Shown: positions 58,301 through 64,000 of the stretch, in pieces
Position numbering within the stretch: position 1 is the stretch's first letter
Layout of the letters: each line of letters starts with the position of its first letter
DNA from: Macrostomum lignano
Taxonomy: Eukaryota
Assembly (NCBI GenBank): GCA_002269645.1
Contig: NIVC01000297.1
Location: forward strand, 124,001 to 188,000
Length of the DNA stretch: 64,000 nt
Direction of reading: 5' to 3'
The notes under the pieces: model-generated
What the model saw: only the letters and a program-made list of their open reading frames with translations
What the model was told of the DNA's origin: nothing
The model's database searches: none
Program-made: the position numbers and the translations under genes

Positions 58301-58985
58301 GTAAAATCGAACATTCCATTGCAGCATTTAGACTGACCTTTCTCGTGCAAAGTGACTCGGAAGCCGGGAACATTGTCAATCTGCTCTTCCTCCGTTAGAA
58401 ACGTTTTGCCGTAGTTAAACAGCACCAGGTAGAGGCCGTTGCCTTCGCCAGAGCGCACGAGCGTTCGGTTTGCTGGGTTGAAGGACATGCACAAGAATCT
58501 GAAAGTCCGATAAGCAATTGAATTTGAATTTTTTAAGTTCTTTTCAGCTTGGAACTACCTGGACCGTGGCAATCCCAGCTGAAACCTCTGGAGTACATGC
58601 AAGCCTGATGAATTGACACAAACCAATCAATACTCTTACTTACGTAGTATTCCCTCCGTACCTACAGACTCATCATTTTCGTGACATCAAGTAAGCAAAA
58701 GATCGCACTTTTTTCTGACTTCAGATTTCACTAACCTACTCTCGTCCTTGTAGATGGTGAAGTTTTTAAATGAGCACAGCTCCGAGTTGTATCGGCAGTA
58801 AATGACGGTCTCATAGGGCTGCTGGAACAGCATCTGACGATAGGCCAGAGCTCTGAGGGCCAGCTTGCCATCCTGATAGGAGCTGTAGGCCTGGACAGGC
58901 ATAGACACGTTCCAGTCCGCCTGCTGCAGCAGATGGTACATCCTCGGTATATCGAAGATCATGTCACCCAGGCCTCTGGGGTGCC
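55335..58985 (-). CDS. DEG/ENaC channel paralog 2, partial (exon 1 not in window); exons 58736-58985, 58338-58498, 57811-58130, 56589-57093, 55335-55666
   Basis: Homologous exon by exon to paralog 1 with identical lengths and phases; DLGGILGLWVGVSVITLME; C-terminus YNPSWFQRIFSI. Confidence 0.9.
55705..56552. repeat. 14-bp minisatellite (GCACACGGACTCAT) x~60 in the last intron of paralog 2
   Basis: Near-perfect array filling the intron. Confidence 0.97.
57118..57290. repeat. ~54-bp tandem repeat x3 in a paralog 2 intron
   Basis: Repeated GATCGAGATTGCACAGATGATTTATGCAGGTTCATGGACAGGTGAAGCAGAAG. Confidence 0.85.
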
Positions 58986-59169
58986 CTGAAGTGCAGCGTT
59001 GTTGCTCATGCTTGCAGTGTTTAAAGTGCATCGCACAGAATAAAAAGCTTTAGTTTGTTAGTTGGCTAAAAGGAAAAATAAAAGCAAGATTTTTGTTCAT
59101 GGTAAGATTTGATGGTGGTGTGAATTTGAGCGATCTCGCAGCAGTGATCCAGCACGCCTGTGAAATATG

Positions 59170-62100
59170 AGCCAGACTAGGCCCACGGGCTATGGTCTGC
59201 GATTTTTTACACCTGCTTCCCCTCTCCAAAGCAGGCATGGCTGGAGATCCAATCTCCATGCTGCATCACTAGCCGACCCAGGGGTACACGCCCCGCGGGT
59301 GTTCAAGGTGGACCCTAGGGCCACTGGACAGACCCTAGCGCCGGCCACCCTTCCGGGGCTTTGGCCTTAGCCAAGCCGCTAGGGTACGGGTTCTCCCGGT
59401 GCGCGTACCTGTGCGCTATCAGGTGCCTCTGGCTACGGCTTTGAGGTAGAGGTGCTACCCCTTTGACCTTACAGGGTATGCGGCCAGTCCGCAGTTTCGC
59501 GTACCTGTGCGCTATCAGGTGCCTCTGGCTACGGCTTTGAGGTAGAGGTGCTACCCTTTGACCTTACAGGGTATGCAGCCAGCCTGCAGGCTCTTGCACA
59601 CCCAAAAGTGCACTCCAAGCCTTCGGTGTCTGCCGTGCCTATGGGTTCTTGGCTGGGGAGTAGTCCAGTCGCGAGCGGCTCTTTTCTTTTTTCTTACCTC
59701 TCTTCTTTTCTCGCTTCCAGCTATGGCCTCTTCCACCACTCCAAATGAAGCTGGGCTAACCCCAGCCGCTCCGGATGCTGCCAAAGGCAGCTCCAACTCT
59801 GCCCCGCCCAGCCCGACTGGTGGGGACAAGATCGACACCACTGCCGGCGCTGCCGGTGGTGAGTCGCGCACAGGGCGCAAGCAAAACCGCCATGGCGGTC
59901 GCTCCGCTGAAGCCCGACGCAACCGCCAGGCGCGCAAGATCGAGTGGCGGCGACAAAAAGCTGCTGCGGACTCGGCACAGTCGGCTGGCGGTGCTGCGTC
60001 GGAGAAGCCCCATGGTGAGGATGGGGCCGCGGTGGAGCCGAAAGACTCTGCCGCTGGCTCTGCCTCCCTCAAGGGCACCTCCACCTCTCAGCATGCCGCC
60101 AACCAGGCTACAGCGGCCGGACCCTCGGGAACTGCCGCGTAAGCCACCACCAAGACCAAGACCAAGGAGAGCTACGCCTCCAAGGTTCAACGGACTGCAC
60201 TCCCACCGGCCACCATCATTCTCGGCGAGGAGCGCAACCTTACGGCCCCCGAGCGCATCATCGACGCTGGGCTCATCGACCTCACCATGGAGGGCATCTC
60301 CGTGGAGGTGGTGAAATCAGCCAAGACTGACGGCTGCATTTTTCTCTGGTGCTCATCAGAGGAAAACAGCCGCCGGCTTCGCGAGCTACTTCCCCGCCTT
60401 AAGTGGAAGAAGGAGCTCGCCAAGCTATTTTTCGCCTCTGAAGGCGAACGCAAGAGGACCGAACGCTATCGTGTTTGGATCCCGGCCATGAGCGCCATCA
60501 AGTCTGGGGAGCAGCTGAGGCTTCTCATGCTCAAGCGCTTCCCTGACCTGACCTTAACGCCAGTGAGCTCTACTGCCATGGCTCCGCCTAGAAAGGTGCG
60601 GGGGGTTTTACGGCGATCATGGGGCTCTCTGACGAATGGTCTAAGCGGGTTCCGCACAAGACCACTATCTGCATCGGCCTGCATCAGCTGACTTTCCTCC
60701 GATGCGAGGAAGGTAAGGCTGAAGCTAAGCCGACTAAGCGCACCGCACCTCCTAAGGGAAAGGACGCGGCTGCCCAAAACCTGTTGGTGGATCCCCACCC
60801 AAATAAAGCAGTTCGTGCTGCCGAATCTGCCCCGCGCCATCGCAAACCTGCCCGCAGCACACGCAAGTCGGGCCTGGTTCAGCGTGCGCTAGCGCAGGCC
60901 CATGACCTTCGGGAACACCTGGAGCGTCGACGCGCCAAAAAAGACCCTCCTCAAACCGGACTGTGTGGGTCAGGAAGTGATGGTGCGGCGGGCACTGACT
61001 GGGCTGAGGAATCCAGCCATCAGGCAGAAACCGCCGTCCACCATGACCTACCCACCGGCTCGGTTCAGGACTCCCCCAACGTTCACGCTGCGGCACAGGA
61101 TGAGGAAGGTGAAGCCAAGCGGTCCAGGCTCTCGCCAGCTGGTGGCACCACCACCCTCTCTGCGCCGCACGCTGTGGATGATGAGGAGCCCATGGAGGTC
61201 AGCAGACCCTCCATTTCGGAAGAAATGAAGGAGGAGCTGCTACGTGAATCCCCGAGCAACTAGCCATGCCTAGTAATGCGACAGGGATCAAATATCTGCA
61301 GATAAATCTGCAGCACAGCGTCGCAGCTTCGGTGAACCTAATGAGGCATGCCGAGCGCGACAAGCCGGGTCTTATCCTAGTCCAAGAACCCTGGACCTTT
61401 AAAGGAAAGCCCCAACACGTGCCCGGTGGGTATCAGTGTTTTAGCACGTGCCCTAGGGACGGAACACTACCACCGAGAGCTTGCATCTACGTGGTAAACT
61501 CCTTAAATGCCTGGATCAGAGGAGACCTTTCAAATAGGGACCTCTGCGTCATTCAAACGGAAAATCTCCTACCGGGAAAGACGACCAGCTGATCGCCTCG
61601 GTTTACTTACCGGGCGACAAGGTTGTTGTCTCGGAGGAGCTTATCTCACTGGTGGAACTCTGTTCTGCCAGAAACTACGAGCTAATGGTTGCTGGCGTTA
61701 TAAATGCTCACCATACTCACTGGGGCAGCACAAACATTAATCAGAGAGGCGAAGACCTCCTGACCTATGTTGCCTCCACAACGCTCGAGTTCTGCAACTC
61801 AGGCAACACCCCTACTTTTGATAACGGGCGTTGGGCGGAGGTCATCGATGCCACTCTTGCCACACCAAGACTCTACCAGAGAATTGATGAGTGGCAGGTC
61901 CTTCCTGTGGCGTCTCTCTCTGACCACAAGCTCATCTCCTTTAACGTGACCAGCGCACAGCGCAATGACCATATCATCTGGAGACGGAATGCTAGGAACA
62001 CTGATTGGGAGGCCTTAAAGTTCACCCTGGATTCAACCCTTCGGGACTCCTACTTTCCGATCTCCATTGACTCTTGCCAAGAAACGGAGGTTTGTGTGGC

Positions 62101-64000
62101 TGTTCTCACGGACTCGCTAACCTCCGCTTTCGAGGCCTCCTACCCGCTTAAAGCCTACAGGGGCAAAACGTCGGCTCCGAGGTGGAACCCTAAGCTTGGC
62201 GACCTCCGCCGCAAAGCCAAACGGTTACATCGCAGGGCCACCAAATCTAAACGCCCAACGGACCAGACCGCCTACCTTGAAGCAATTCATGAGTTCAAAA
62301 AGGAGGTCATGAACGCTAAGGCTAACAAATGGCGCGAATACTGTGAGGAACTGGAGGGCGCACGCCCTACATCCCGCATAGTAAAAGCGCTGAACTTGGA
62401 CAAAATTTCCAAACTTTCCTCGGTAAAGCGGGCCGACGGCACGCATACCGAGAATCCTGGGGAGACGCTGGAGCTTATGCTTTCAGCCTCCTTCCCAAAT
62501 GAGGCCCTCGCAAATGATCCCTCGGACCATGCTGAAGGCTCCACCGTTTCTGGCCTCTTCCTTTATTATGAAGGAGCGCATCATGAAAGCTGCAAACTCT
62601 TTTAAACCTTATAAAGCGCCTGGACCAGACGGCATCGTATCGGCCCTAATTAGAGAGGCGGTCCAATGCAAGAGGTTCCTCACGCACCTTTGCAAGATTC
62701 TCAAAGCCTGCATTACGTTTGGCTATGTCCCGAAACTGTGGACTGAGGCGAGGGTAATTTTCATTCCTAAGCCCGGCCGCCCGGACTACCATTCTGTTAA
62801 ATCCTTTAGACCAATCAGCTTGACCTCCTCGATGGTCAAACTGATGGAACGGCTGGTGCTCTGGCGCCTGCAGTCCGTGGAGCTAAAGAACATGCCGCTT
62901 AGCGAGAACCAGCACGCTTTTCGGGCAGGACTCTCCACCGAAAGTGCGCTGCATATACTGGTGGAGAAGCTGGAGAAAGCTGTGCTTGGCAACGGCTATG
63001 CCCTAGCGGTCTTCCTGGATATCGTGGGAGCCTTTGACAACGTCCTCTTCGAGGCGTTTCGAAGGGCTCTACAAACGAGAATGACACAGTCTCACCTCAC
63101 GCGGTGGATCATGTACATAATTAGCCACAGATCTGCTACGGCACACCTGCTAGGTCATGAACGGACGGTTCCCGTCTGCAAAGGCTGTCCGCAAGGTGGT
63201 GTCCTATCTCCAATTCTCTGGAATATGGTTATCGACGAGCTTCTACGGGATGCCTGTCCTAACTCTATTCTGAAGGTTGGTTATGCTGACGATGTCACGG
63301 CGGTAGCCTCTGGGCCATCGCCGGACACCCTGTGTGATCTCCTTCAGAACTTCATTAACAGAACTTCGTTGGGCGGACCGATGCGGTCTGAAGCTCTCCG
63401 AGACTAAGACCGCTGTGGTCATATTCACCAGCAGGACGAAATGGCAATCCCGCCATCTCACGCTCTACGGACAGGAAATCCCCTTTCGTAAGCAAGTCGG
63501 AAACGGCCCCTCACCATTGCTGAAGGGTCTTGGGGTCACCCTTGATCACAGGCTGAACTGGTCCCCGCATGTTCATGCCAAGACTAAAAAGGCCTTCGCG
63601 ATCCTGGCGCAACTGCGCAGGGCGGTTGGCACTACTTGGGGCCTTACCCTCAAACGCCTCTGGTGGATCTACACTGCTATGGTCAGGCCGGCGATCTCCT
63701 ACGCCGGACTGATCTGGGCGAGTGAGCTGCAGATTAAGACCTGCTTCGAGGCTCTTAACGAGTGCAGGGGCGCGCTTGTCGAATGATAATGAGCGCCCCG
63801 CCCTCTGCTCCCTTCGACGGCCTCAACGCCTTCCTTGACCTGCCTCTGCTGGACATTTTCGTCCGCAGTGCGGCGGCCAAGGCAGCCCGGCGTCTCATCG
63901 ACACCGGCATCATTCTCAAGCCCCAGAGGGCAATGGCTAAGCGCAAGCTTCTGCCTCACTCCGACCTCTGTCTCAAAGATTTGCTGGAGAGCGGCGGCCT
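59170..64000 (+). mobile_element. Non-LTR retrotransposon (R1/LOA-type): ORF1 ~59723-61263, ORF2 from 61266 (APE + RT), runs off the window, with disabling mutations
   Basis: APE LQINLQHS...LVQEPW, INAHH, TPTFDN...IDATL, SDHK; RT KAPGPDG, RPISLTS, FLDIVGAFDNV, GCPQGGVLSPILWN, YADD, LGVTLD. In-frame stop at 60140-60142 and several frameshifts; the 5' boundary is approximate. Confidence 0.93.

Overview
Eukaryotic (animal) genomic DNA. The short introns, GC-rich coding exons, minisatellite-filled introns and tandem DEG/ENaC paralogs suggest a free-living flatworm such as Macrostomum; this is inference. Host genes supported: a 905-aa low-complexity orphan ORF (-) head-to-head with a 356-aa orphan ORF (+), a two-exon RPL14 (-), a class A peptide-type GPCR (-), a four-exon CFAP141/C1orf189 (+), a secreted PAN/Apple + TSP1-like protein (+), and two tandem DEG/ENaC channel paralogs (-) with identical internal exon sizes. 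Much of the rest is mobile DNA and tandem repeats. This includes an intact, very young Ty3/Gypsy element (LTRs differ at 1 of 254 nt, 5-bp TSD) inside a 35-bp satellite, two decayed Gypsy elements, a BEL/Pao pol fragment, a Gypsy-type LTR with a tRNA-Lys PBS, an R1/LOA-type LINE, an RTE LINE 3' end, a tRNA-derived SINE and several TIR elements. Three observations stand out: (i) a DEG/ENaC C-terminal tail expanded by a coding 39-bp minisatellite and ended by a stop codon supplied by an LTR; (ii) a triplicated 3' splice site in the same gene, where only the most distal AG keeps the frame; (iii) a recurring pattern of minisatellites seeded on or beside splice sites. No CRISPR, rRNA or intact tRNA genes were seen. 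Coordinates were read by hand; repeat edges may be off by a few bases.
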